Positions 36,078-45,925 of a DNA stretch of 49,710 nt are shown in pieces. Under the pieces are notes generated by a model. It was not told the origin of the DNA. It did not search any database and saw only the letters and a program-made list of their open reading frames with translations. Numbering within the stretch: position 1 is the first letter of the stretch; every line of letters begins with the position of its first letter. The position numbers were made by a program, and so were the translations under genes. Source of the DNA: Pyrinomonadaceae bacterium (GTDB lineage: Bacteria; Acidobacteriota; Blastocatellia; Pyrinomonadales; Pyrinomonadaceae); the NCBI GenBank assembly GCA_036395055.1, contig DASWDX010000523.1, forward strand, positions 1-49,710, written 5' to 3'.

Positions 36078-37642
36078 TTAAATACTATTAACAGCAACGG
36101 TGTTCGCTAGCGGCGGCCGCCGTTTGTGCCACTCGGTTGCCTGCTCGAACGCGCGCCCGAGCGCGAAAACACGTGCCTCACCCCAATGCGGGCCGACGAT
36201 TTGAATACCGACCGGTAGACCTTCCTTTGTAAATCCGCACGGAACACACATGGCCGGCAGGCCGAAGACACTGAACGGTGTCGAATGATCACCAAAACCG
36301 CGCGGCAGCGGCGATTCCGCGGTTATGGCGGCCTGAGCTTTCAGAAAGTCTTCGAGCTTACCGGTGTAGGAGCGTCGCGCGGGTAATACGATCAGATCAA
36401 CATGATCGAAAACCTTGACGACCTCTCGCCGTAGACGGTTCATTTCTGCCGCGCATTCGCATAGTCCGTTGCCGGCATCGCGGCCACTTCTTTAAACAAT
36501 GCCTCATAGATCGCAGGATAGCCGCCCTTGTATTTCGGGTACCATTGCGAATGATATGCGCAGATCTCGACGTTCAGCATGACGTCGAGTCCAAAGGTCG
36601 GGGGAATTTGTAACGTCCTGTGAGCTGGCTGTGAGCTTGTTCACGACGTTTAGGCTTCATGGACCGCGGGGCGGAATTCCTCTGACAGGTCGTTAAAATA
36701 CGGAACGCTCGGTGTCCCGATCCGCAAGCTCTTTACCGCTCTTTTCATCCCAGAAACGTAGTCCGGCACCGGCTGATTGACCGTGCTTGGGTCGGCGACA
36801 TCGTAACCCGCGATCGCTTGCAACATTATCGCAGCGTCTTCGACCGTCCTCGTCATAGGACCAACAGTATCGAGCGACCAAATGTATGGAATAACGCCAC
36901 GGTTGCTTACCCGGCCGTACGTCGGTTTCAAACCTACCAAGCCGCAAACTCCTGCCGGCCCGCGTATCGAACCGCGCGTATCGGTACCTAGGGCGCCGAA
37001 GCACATCTCTGAGATGACCGCTACTGCACTGCCGGTGGAGGATCCCGCCGTAGTACGATCTGGCGCCCATGGATTTATCGCCGGTTTGTAATAAGTGCTC
37101 AACGTACTGCCCGCAAAGATCGCCATGTTCAGTTTTCCGAGAATGACTGCACCGGCCGATTTAAGCTTGCGTAGCACTTCGGCATCTTCGATCGGAATTC
37201 GTTCGGCGAATAAAAGGCTCGCAGCTGTCGTGCGAATACCAGCCGTGTCGATGTTGTCTTTTAGTGCTATCGGGATGCCATGAAGCGGCCCGCGCCGTTT
37301 ACCTTTCGCCGTCTCCGCGTCCATCTCGCGTGCCTGTGCTAAGGCCTTTTCAGCAGTTACAGTGATGAATGCATTTAGAACCGGTTCGTATTTGTCGATG
37401 CGGTCAAGGCAGGCGCGTGTGAGGTCGAGGCTTGTGACTTTCTTCGATTTGATCAGATCGGACGCCTGTTTGAGAGTAAGGCTGGTAAGTTCGGCGGCGG
37501 GAAGCTGTGCCTGTGCACTGGCCGTTTGCGGGAAAGCGGCCGCGGCAACAGATGCGCCGGTCAAAGCCAGAAAATCCCTTCTCGAAAGCGCGCTTTGCGA
37601 AAGATGGGACATACGAGGTCCTCCTTCGGACAAGTTATTCAT
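36078..37642 (-). pseudogene. Amidase-signature (GatA-like) amidase with Tat signal, disrupted
   Basis: N-terminal ORF: SRRDFL twin-arginine motif, GIPIALKDNID, GSSTGSAVAV, GTDTRGSIRGPA. In-frame TAA at 36650-36652 and TGA at 36641-36643, after which the same frame continues amidase-like. A frameshift at about 36444-36447 (..YANARQK|MNRLRREV..) comes before the C-terminal ORF (GLPVGIQIVG). Confidence 0.7.
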
Positions 37643-37895
37643 TGAAGAAGGGAGTTAAACCAAAATAACTTTGCCGTAAAAATAGGATCAGAGCGCATTT
37701 TACATCCAAGACAAAGGCCGCGATGTTCTGCTTAGCAAGTGCGTTCGCGATTTTCTGAAGCGTCGCGCGCCGCATGTTCGTGCTCGCACCGTGACCCAGT
37801 ACAAGAAGATGCGTCGCGTCTTCCGGCCGCATAAGAAGCGCGGAGACTTCGCCTTTTTCCGGAGTTGCATTGAAATGAGTTTCCGTCAAATTCAT
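37635..37895 (-). pseudogene. Alpha/beta-hydrolase (KANL3/Tex30-like) N-terminal stub
   Basis: VSALLMRPEDATHLLVLGHGASTNM...LAKQNIAAF resembles the first ~60 aa of this family. After that the similarity is lost, and it overlaps the amidase start. Confidence 0.35.
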
Positions 37896-37977
37896 TTAGG
37901 CTTTCGGTCGGGTACCTTTCTAGAGCAGACATCGAAGAGCGATAATGTTCTGAATCGCGTTCAGAAGCTCTCTGGCT

Positions 37978-39975
37978 TTAGTCTTGCGTCGCCGGCGCCC
38001 CGAGGTATTTCTCAAACCAGTCGAGATTGCTCTGCATCACCGCGATCTGCATTTTCGGCTCGTTCGGACTGTGTGGTTGCCGAGGCAGAACCATCATCCT
38101 GACGGGGACGCCCTGCTGCTTGAGCGCGTTGTAAAATTCGTAGCCCTGCGAGATCGGCACGCGCATATCGGCTTCGCCGTGCTGGATCAAGGTGGGCGTC
38201 GAAACTCCCTTGACGAACGAGATTGGCGAACGCTTAGCGTAAAGTTCGGGAACTTCCCAGAACTGTCCTCCGAAGTAATCGCTGATATAACTCGGAATAT
38301 CGGTCGTGGCAACCATGCTCGTCATATTCGTTATCGGCGCTCGCAGCAAGGCGACTTTGAATCGCTTTGTCTGCGTGACAATCCACGCTGCCAGGTAACC
38401 GCCGTAACTGCTGCCCATGACGCCCAAACGATTCTCGTCGGCGACGCCCATTTCGACGACTTTATGACGCCCGACATTACGTCCCGATAATCAACACCGC
38501 CCCAGTCTTTGATCAAAGCGCGCCGAAATTCATTCCCGTAACCAGCCGAAACGCGAAAATTCGGTTTAAAAATGGCGTAGCCGCGCTCGGCAAAAGCGGC
38601 AAACGGATAAGTGCCGGTGCCCTGAGCGCCGATAAACGATTGTTGAGCAGCGCCGTTCGGACCGCCGTGAATATATAAAATCAAAGGCACTTTTCTTCCC
38701 GCCTGATAGCCGACCGGGTAGGTCAGCAGCCCTTCGATCTAACGACCATGCGTGCTTTTCCAGCGTATGACTTCCGTTTTGCCAAGATTAGTTTTGCGTG
38801 ATTCAGCGTTGGCGCGGCTGATCTGGACGGGAGCGAATCTCTCAGCCGGCGAAATAAAAGCTTCGGGCGGCGTGTCGGAAGTTTGTCGGACAAAGCCAAA
38901 AACCTTTCCCGTTCGATTGACCGAAATGTCCTGCAAAACCTAGTTCCCGTTGTTGACTTCACCGAGCGTGTTGTCGGCGATGTTGAGCGCATAGATTCGT
39001 GTGACGGTTCCTTTCGCCTCGTGAAAATAGAGCAATTGACCGTTTGGCGACCAGCCGAAAAAGCGCATTGCTTGTCCGTTTAGCACCGGCGAAAGAATTT
39101 TCGGAGCGCCGCCCGCCACCGGGAAAAGATAAATTCGTCCGTCAAAACTCCAGGTCGGGGGATTATCACTCACCAGAACCGCGACTGATTTTCCATCAGG
39201 CGCAAATAGCGGAGATACCTCGGCAGCGGGTGAGTTTGCCAGCAGCGTAACTCGACCGCTTGCCACGTCAACTATTGCAGCGTCGGCGGTCTGCCAGTTG
39301 TCCGGGCTCGAACTCTTTACGCGGCTGAACGCGATGGTTTTGCCGTCGGGCGACCAGTCAAATCTAGCGAAGAGACGTAGTTTTCATTTATGAGTTTCCG
39401 CGATTCGCGTTTGCCGCTTGCATCCTTTTCAACGGGAATCACGTAAAGGCGCAGCATTTTAGTATTCTCGTCAATCCATCGAAAATCGTTTCTGCCTTTA
39501 TCGTTTTTCTCTTCCTCGTCGGTTTTCGTGTCGTTCATCGCGTACGCAATTAACTTGCCGTCGGGTGACCATTCGAAAATTGAAACGCTGCCCCTTAAAT
39601 CGGTCAGGGGCTCGGCTTCGCCGCCCTCAAGCCTCAAAAGATAAAGATTACTGCGGTTGTCTTTTCGACTCGAAGCGAAGGCGATCATACTGCCGTCGGG
39701 CGACCATCTCGGGTTGGTCGAAGGTCTATCGCCAAAAGTAATTTGTGTGGCATTCATGCCGTCGGCGTTTGCCATCCAGATTTGCGTCACGAATTCCGAT
39801 CTGTCGGCGGTCATCACCGCCTCGTTGATGGTGTAAACAACGCCCGGCCGTCGGGCGAAACTTGCACCGACGCGACCGTTTTGGTTTTAACCTGCTGCTC
39901 CGGCGTCCACACCGTTTGCGCGCAAAGAGAAGAAGCAAATAAAACGGTAATCAGAAAAACCTTTACTATTTTCAT
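37978..39975 (-). pseudogene. S9-family serine peptidase (beta-propeller + prolyl oligopeptidase/DPP domain), heavily disrupted
   Basis: GGAGG plus ATG at 39975 and the signal peptide MKIVKVFLITVLFASSLCAQ. Repeated SPDG blades, the GSSYGG nucleophile, and a C-terminal HGEADMRVP. I traced five lesions: frameshifts near 39841-39850, 39370-39385 and 38470, and in-frame TAG codons at 38940-38942 and 38739-38741. Confidence 0.75.
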
Positions 39976-40161
39976 AAAACCTCCTACTTTTTAATAACAA
40001 TGACGCGTAAATTCTTTGCCCGAACATTTTATTAACGTCCGCAACATCTACTGTTTCAATTTCCGAAAACCTGGCCGATTTGTATCAATTTTGCCGGTCA
40101 GGCCGTCGGCGTTCGTCCCACAGATTTCATCGTGGCTACCGCGGTTGGATTCAAAAGTCTT

Positions 40162-40500
40162 CTACTTTTGCGCCGATTTATTACCGCCGAGATATTTCTC
40201 GAACCAGTCGAGATTGCTCTGCATCAACGCGAGCTGCATTTTCGGCTCGTTCGGATTGTGCGGCTGGCGCGGCAGGACGATCATCCTGACCGGGACACCT
40301 TGCGGCTTGAGCGCGTTGTAAAATTCGTAGCCCTGCGAGATCGGGACACGAATATCGGCCTCGTCGTGCTGGATCAGGGTCGGAGTCGTAACGCCCTTAA
40401 CCATGAACATCGGTGAATGTTTCGCTTAAATCTCCGGAATTTCCCACGAGTACCGACCCAAATAGTCAAAATTCAGTGACGGAACACTGTCGAATCTTGA
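40162..40500 (-). pseudogene. Second, diverged copy of the S9 peptidase 3' end (fragment)
   Basis: VKGVTTPTLIQHDEADIRVPISQGYEFYNALKPQGVPVRMIVLPRQPHNPNEPKMQLALMQSNLDWFEKYLG parallels residues encoded at 37990-38230. Upstream it reads WEIPEI*AKHSP, with a TAA where copy 1 has Tyr. Similarity ends near 40500. Confidence 0.65.
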
Positions 40501-40932
40501 AGGGCGACTGCGTTGGCTTAGCCCACCAAGCTCATTGCTATGTGTTGGGGGAGTGTCTAAACCGCATCAAAGAGTCAGTTCTGGGGTAAGGCACTATCGA
40601 CGCGCCTCTAGCTTATGAAGAGGTGGTTGCAACGTGGTGACTTGGACCAGAGACTCCTCAGGGATTGGGTGTTGAACTTCGCTTCCTCATCCCCACGGCT
40701 TTCTATTCAAAGCGGCCTTAAACGGCGACTCGTTTTAATTAAGTTTTTGCCCTTCGCGATGTAAATGGGTTCTCTCTTAAAGAGATTACACGGGAGGGTT
40801 CCGAAGAAAGACTCGACTCCCTCTTAACCCTTGAAAACGTAAGGAAACGAGAGGTTTTGACCATACAACCAAGTCATCAAACCAACTGCCCGGCATCCCT
40901 AAATAATTGAAACGATTGGACTTAAATGGGAT

Positions 40933-41103
40933 TGCCGAAGGGGGGACCCGAACTGATCGCTTCTTCTAAGTTACTGTTAACACATGATTAGTCAGCAAGT
41001 CATTATCCGGAGTGGGTTAGGAAATTTTCTCTTTGGTCTCTCTGATTCCCTCACCTCTACCTCTAGTGCTCTCTCATAATAGACACCAAACAGACACCAA
41101 AAA
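40933..41103 (+). repeat. Noncoding repeat, copy B (partner at 25553-25720)
   Basis: Same anchors as copy A, with the 19-nt perfect core ATAATAGACACCAAACAGA at 41076-41094. Weaker similarity seems to continue about 150 nt further right in both copies. Confidence 0.7.
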
Positions 41104-41408
41104 GAGTCTTTGATAATCCGCGATGCGTGACTAGAAGATGGACGGTTGGTATTTCGAGCAAGATGATTAGAGAAGAGAGAATATCGATTCGTTGAGCACA
41201 ACCTCGAGTTCGATCAGAACTTTGAGGGGCTTTAGTAATCCCGATACGGGGGCGGTCACGGAGGGCCGCACCTACAGCTACAGTACCGCGCAACCACTCC
41301 TCTTGTCTTCCCATATGAGTCGAGGTATAGTCCTATGGCCAAGCCATAGGAGAACGCTCGGGCTGACCACGTATCGCAAACTCATGTCACCCAAGACTCA
41401 AGAAAACC

Positions 41409-41753
41409 ATGTCAAGCAAAACTGAAATCTGGCAAGGGACACTTGCCCTGATGATCTTAAAAACGCTCGATACTCTCGGGCCGCTTCATGGATATGGAAT
41501 TGCGCGTCGTATCGAGCAGATAAGTGGGGATCGCCTTTCGCTGAATTACGGAACGCTCTATCCATCGCTGCTGAAATTAGAGCAGGAAGGCTGGATCGTT
41601 TCTGAATGGGGTGTCTCTGAAAATAACCGCAAGGCCAAGTACTACAAACTCACACGCGCGGGCCGCAAACAACTGGCAAAAGAAGCCAAAGAGTGGAATC
41701 AAACTACCGCGATCGTCGCCCGGTTTCTCGCACCAGCGGAGGACCAATCATGA
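41409..41753 (+). CDS. PadR-family transcriptional regulator
   Basis: ILKTLDTLGPLHGYGIARRIEQISGDRLSLNYGTLYPSLLKLEQEGWIVSEWGVSENNRKAKYYKLT is a canonical PadR wHTH. Confidence 0.9.
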   Translation: MSSKTEIWQGTLALMILKTLDTLGPLHGYGIARRIEQISGDRLSLNYGTLYPSLLKLEQEGWIVSEWGVSENNRKAKYYKLTRAGRKQLAKEAKEWNQTTAIVARFLAPAEDQS

Positions 41754-44398
41754 GACAACTTCGCGCCTGGCTGTTGAGATTTAGAGGACTGTTTCTAAAA
41801 GACGCTCGTGAACGCGAATTCGCCGACGAGCTCGAGAGCCATCTGCAAATGCATATCGACGACAACATCCGCGCCGGCATGTCGCCGCAAGAAGCCAAAC
41901 GAGTCGCGGTGATGAAGTTGGGTGGCGTCGATCAAGCAAGAGAAGCTTACCGCGACCGCGCTACGATTCCGTTTGTCGAAAGCGTAGTGCGGGACTTGCG
42001 CTTCACGCTCAGACAGTTCCGGAAGAACCCAGCCTTTACCATTACCGCCACCGCGATGGTAGCGCTTGGCCTCGGCGCAAGCGTTGCGATCTTTGCTTTC
42101 GTCGATGCTGCGCTCATCAAACCCTTGCCATATCAAAATCCTACGCGGCTCCTCTTTGTCACGGAAACAACGCCAGACATTCCCCGCGCCGCGCTTTCAT
42201 ATCCTGACTATCTCGACTGGAAGAAGCTCAACAGAGTTTTTGACTCGATGGAGGTCTACAATCAACGTGGGTATGTGGTAAGCACGTCCGCAGGAATGGA
42301 AATGGTTGACGGCGCCCGCGTAAGTGCTGGTTTTTTCCGCACCCTTGGTGTTGGTCCTCTTCTCGGTCGCGATTTTTACACAGGCGAAGACTTGCCCGAA
42401 GCACCTCGCACTTTGATCCTCAGCTATGCCTCATGGCAAAAGCGTTTTGGCGGTAAACAAGAGATCATCGGCCAGCCGATCACCTTGGATGAAACTCCAT
42501 ACGTCATCATCGGAGTACTTCCTCAGAACTTTCATTTCGCTCCCGTCGAGAATGCAGAGTTTTGGGCCACCCTTAACCCGGGCGGCGGCTGCTTTACGAG
42601 ACGGAGTTGCCACAGTCTAAACGGAGTTGCTCGTCTGAAAGACGGCGTATCGATTGAGGCGGCGCTGGCTGATGTCACGCGCATCGCTAAAGACCTGGAG
42701 GCTCAATACCCAGACTCAAATCGGAACCAGGGCGCAACGGGCGCGCCACTGTCTGAAATAATTGTCGGAGACGTTAAGCCGATTCTGCTGCTCTTACTCG
42801 GCGGCGCCGGGTTGTTGCTTCTAATCGCCTGCATCAACGTGGCCAGTCTTTTGCTTGTACGCTCAGAAACGCGTCGACGCGAGTTGGCTGTTCGACGTGC
42901 CCTTGGCGCAACCAGAGCGCGCTTAATTCGTCAGTTTGTGATTGAGGGTTTGGTGATCGTCGTTGTGGGAAGTATCGCTGGTCTAGTTAGTTCTCATTGG
43001 GCTATGCAGATCTTAAAAGGACTCATTCCCACAGACATGATGGCTGGGATGCCATACCTCACCGATCTTGGATTGAATTCTCGTGTGCTCATGTTTGCAC
43101 TGGCCGTCGCTGGATTTGCAGCCGCACTCTTCTCACTCACTCCGGCATTTCGTCTATCGACTTTAGACGTGAGAGAAGGAATGGCGGAAGGCGCTCGCGG
43201 TAGTGCAGGTAAAGTCTGGACACGAATCGGATCCAAGCTTGTGATCCTGGAATTAACAACAGCGATGGTGTTGTTGGTTGGAGCAGGACTTCTCGGCAAG
43301 AGTTTTTATCGCTTGCTGCAAGTACGTGCGGGTTTTGAAACAAAGCACCTGATCACAATGAGAGTTAGAGCACCACTTTCGGCTTATGGAGAAGATGAGC
43401 AAGCGGTGGCGCTCGGGCGAAAAGTGGTGGAGGAGGTTAAGCGCCTGCCCGGCGTGAAATCGGTTGCGTTAGCCAGTACTCTGCCATTGAGCTTCAATGG
43501 CAACACAGATTGGATCAGGTTTGTGGGCCGGGCTTACAACGGGGAGCACAACGAAGTAAATCAACGAGGAGTAAGCTCAGATTATTTCGCAACCTTGCAA
43601 GCGAAACTCTTGCGAGGTCGAACATTCACAGACTCGGAGGATGCGACAAAGCCTAAGGTTGTCGTCATCAATCAAACATTCGCGAAGAAATATTTTCCCG
43701 GTGAGGATCCGATTGGCCAACGGTTTGGCGACACTGAGCTGAATTCCAAATCAATAAAGGAGATCATCGGCGTCGTCGACGACATCAGAGAAGGGCCACT
43801 GGATTCGGAGATTTGGCCAGCCTGTTATTATCCGTTCAATCAAGATCCTGACATCGGTTATGCAGTGGTGGTCCGAACTGCGCAGGACGAGCAATCGCTC
43901 ATACCAGGGGTTAGCGATGCAATCCGTGGCATCGACTCAAGAATCACGATTTCAAGTCAGACAACGATGACAGAGAGAGTTAACAACGCTGCGACAGTTT
44001 ACTTGCGTCGATCCGCGACGTGGCTTGTTGCAGGGTTTGCGGCCGTTGCGTTACTGCTCGGTGTTGTTGGACTTTACGGGGTAATCGCTTACTCGGTGAG
44101 TCAACGCACTCGCGAGATTGGAGTCCGCATCGCACTCGGCGCACAACGTGGTACGGTCTATCGACTCATTCTAAAGGAGGCAAGTGCGCTGGCCCTTGCA
44201 GGCATTGTGATCGGAATCGTATGTGCGATCATCGCCGCCTCGCTGATGCGCAAAATACTCTTCGGCACCCCGCCATGGGATATCACCACGCTTCTTTGTG
44301 TGGCCGGTGTCTTAGGAGCCTCAGCATTATTGGCCAGCTTCCTTCCGGCACGGCGAGCTGCGTCAGTCGATCCGATTACCGCACTGCGAGCGGAGTAG
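41750..44398 (+). CDS. Duplicated FtsX/MacB-type ABC permease (acidobacterial 'ADOP' family)
   Basis: Conserved N-terminus MRQLRAWLLRFRGLF...REREFADELESHLQMHIDDNIRAGMSPQEA. Two MacB_PCD plus FtsX (4-TM) halves. Ends in RAASVDPITALRAE. Its ATG overlaps the PadR stop as ATGA at 41750-41753. Confidence 0.9.
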   Translation: MRQLRAWLLRFRGLFLKDAREREFADELESHLQMHIDDNIRAGMSPQEAKRVAVMKLGGVDQAREAYRDRATIPFVESVVRDLRFTLRQFRKNPAFTITATAMVALGLGASVAIFAFVDAALIKPLPYQNPTRLLFVTETTPDIPRAALSYPDYLDWKKLNRVFDSMEVYNQRGYVVSTSAGMEMVDGARVSAGFFRTLGVGPLLGRDFYTGEDLPEAPRTLILSYASWQKRFGGKQEIIGQPITLDETPYVIIGVLPQNFHFAPVENAEFWATLNPGGGCFTRRSCHSLNGVARLKDGVSIEAALADVTRIAKDLEAQYPDSNRNQGATGAPLSEIIVGDVKPILLLLLGGAGLLLLIACINVASLLLVRSETRRRELAVRRALGATRARLIRQFVIEGLVIVVVGSIAGLVSSHWAMQILKGLIPTDMMAGMPYLTDLGLNSRVLMFALAVAGFAAALFSLTPAFRLSTLDVREGMAEGARGSAGKVWTRIGSKLVILELTTAMVLLVGAGLLGKSFYRLLQVRAGFETKHLITMRVRAPLSAYGEDEQAVALGRKVVEEVKRLPGVKSVALASTLPLSFNGNTDWIRFVGRAYNGEHNEVNQRGVSSDYFATLQAKLLRGRTFTDSEDATKPKVVVINQTFAKKYFPGEDPIGQRFGDTELNSKSIKEIIGVVDDIREGPLDSEIWPACYYPFNQDPDIGYAVVVRTAQDEQSLIPGVSDAIRGIDSRITISSQTTMTERVNNAATVYLRRSATWLVAGFAAVALLLGVVGLYGVIAYSVSQRTREIGVRIALGAQRGTVYRLILKEASALALAGIVIGIVCAIIAASLMRKILFGTPPWDITTLLCVAGVLGASALLASFLPARRAASVDPITALRAE

Positions 44399-44790
44399 GT
44401 TTGTAGGCGTGGGCCACGGCCACGGATCTGCCTTGACTTATAATTTCTCAGTCCCAATGTCAGGACGACTCGGAAACGTACCTTGCCGCTGTGCATTTGT
44501 GCGTAAGCGTCAGCGACACTATTGAGCGGATACTTTTTCAATCATCGGACGACATCACTTAACTCATTAAACTCCATTCTGTCTTGCGCTCCACTCGACC
44601 ACCGGCCCGGCAATTCCGGACAGCGCATCGACCAGTGAACTCAGAATGAGCATTAGGTTGGTGGAACCATCTTGTATTCTCGAGTCGACTCTTGTCTATA
44701 GGCGCGTTTGTGGTTCTCGATCTCTGTGGACTTCGCGAGTTCTGCGTGAAACTGCTTGCACAGAGTCCGTAAAGAAAATTCAAATAGAAT

Positions 44791-45624
44791 TTAAGAATCA
44801 TGGTGCCTGAAACCGTGATACAAACCCAGCCATTGTTCGAAACTCAATTCCGTGGGCGTGGCATTTAATGGAAAATCGAGCTTGCGGGCCAGGCGTTTCC
44901 ATTGCTTGTAGGTAAAGACGTTCTTAAATGCCAATTTGAGATTCGGTTTCCATCTCCCAAAGCCGTACTCAACAAAGTTGCGGTAGGGAGCGACGTCTTG
45001 CGTTTCTATTAGCGGGCGGCTACGTCGCTTGATCGACAGAAACGCTGAGTCGACGTTCGGCACGGGCCAGAAGTCGGTCCGCCTCAAGTGGGAGAGGATC
45101 CGGAATTCAAAAAAAGGCTTGGCCAGGATCGAGAATAAAGTCTCTCTCGGAGAGCCGGAAAATTTCTTCGCAGCCTCTTTCTGCAATATCAGATATGCTT
45201 CGGCTAGGTTAGACCGCTCATACAGGATCTTGCGTAGGATTTGCGCCGTAATGTTGTACGGAATGTTCGCAAATATCTTGTACTGCGAGGTCAACGTCTG
45301 TCGCCGAACTGTTAGGGACGGCGCAGCGTTGCCGGGTCGAGTACAAAACGAATACTCGAGAAAATCCTCTTCAACTATTTCAACGTTATCGAGCGGACGA
45401 AACCGCTCGCGCAGACGACGAACGAGGTCTGGGTCCTTTTCGATCGCGATGACATGTCTAGCTACGCTCGCGAGCGCCGCGGTGATTATCCCGTTTCCGG
45501 GGCCGATCTCGTAAACGGTGTCGGATGGCCCGATCGTACTCATCCCAACCAGCCGACGGACCAGCCTTGGACTCCTCAAGAAGTTTTGCGCTAAACAAAT
45601 TTGCCTGTGCTGCCGTGTTTCCAT
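44791..45624 (-). CDS. erm: Erm-type 23S rRNA (adenine-N6)-methyltransferase
   Basis: AQNFL, the SAM motif VYEIGPGNGIIT, IEKD, FANIPYNIT, and the Erm-like C-terminal half (YLILQKEAAKKF, FWPVPNVDSAFLSIKRR). GGAGGTG Shine-Dalgarno 5 nt before the ATG. Confidence 0.8.
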   Translation of the reverse strand: METRQHRQICLAQNFLRSPRLVRRLVGMSTIGPSDTVYEIGPGNGIITAALASVARHVIAIEKDPDLVRRLRERFRPLDNVEIVEEDFLEYSFCTRPGNAAPSLTVRRQTLTSQYKIFANIPYNITAQILRKILYERSNLAEAYLILQKEAAKKFSGSPRETLFSILAKPFFEFRILSHLRRTDFWPVPNVDSAFLSIKRRSRPLIETQDVAPYRNFVEYGFGRWKPNLKLAFKNVFTYKQWKRLARKLDFPLNATPTELSFEQWLGLYHGFRHHDS

Positions 45625-45653
45625 GTTTCACCTCCAGAAATATGTGGTGAAAC
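45625..45653 (-). promoter_or_regulatory. Hairpin sequestering the erm Shine-Dalgarno
   Basis: mRNA reads GUUUCACC-acauauuucugga-GGUGAAAC-AUG. The stem is 8 bp. Its 3' arm overlaps GGAGGUG and abuts the start codon. Confidence 0.55.
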
Positions 45654-45761
45654 GAAAACGCGCTTTTCTGCGGAGGGTCTCTCAAGCTCCACTCCTTGCG
45701 AAGGAGGGGTGGCAGCCGCTTCGGCTGACGGGGTGGGGTGGTTCTTTGGCAGGGCTCTAAC

Positions 45762-45806
45762 AGCAAAAAGCCGCGAACCGAAGCGTTGCTAACGCTGGTT
45801 CACGGC
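45762..45806 (-). terminator. Intrinsic terminator inside the erm leader (attenuator segments 3:4)
   Basis: mRNA reads GCCGUGAACCAGCGUU-AGC-AACGCU(UC)GGUUCGCGGC-UUUUUGCUG. That is 16 bp with one G-U pair and a 2-nt bulge, followed by U5. It lies 137 nt upstream of the erm ATG, with no upstream gene on this strand to terminate. Confidence 0.6.
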
Positions 45807-45837
45807 ACTTAAGCCTAAAACATTTAAGAGTTGAAAC

Positions 45838-45918
45838 TTAGGTGTTGATCATTCCGCGAATCAGGTAGGTACGCTCATGGGACCTTTCCACATTTCGTTC
45901 GCGGATTCGAATCAACAT
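45838..45918 (-). CDS. Candidate erm leader peptide MLIRIRERNVERSHERTYLIRGMINT
   Basis: 26-codon ORF starting 7 nt after the predicted -10 box. It contains R-I-R / R-E-R (+x+) motifs and two mutually complementary 8-nt segments. There is no properly spaced Shine-Dalgarno, so it may be leaderless. Confidence 0.35.
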   Translation of the reverse strand: MLIRIRERNVERSHERTYLIRGMINT

Positions 45919-45925
45919 GCTCCCA

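Noticed and set aside
44455-44790. Possible zinc-type alcohol dehydrogenase C-terminal remnant (..KYPLNSVADAYAQMHSGKVRFRVVLTL)
   Set aside because: Only about 28 residues look convincing. The upstream frames are broken and unconvincing, and the ORF (44158-44541) otherwise runs antisense into the permease gene. It is too short to call.
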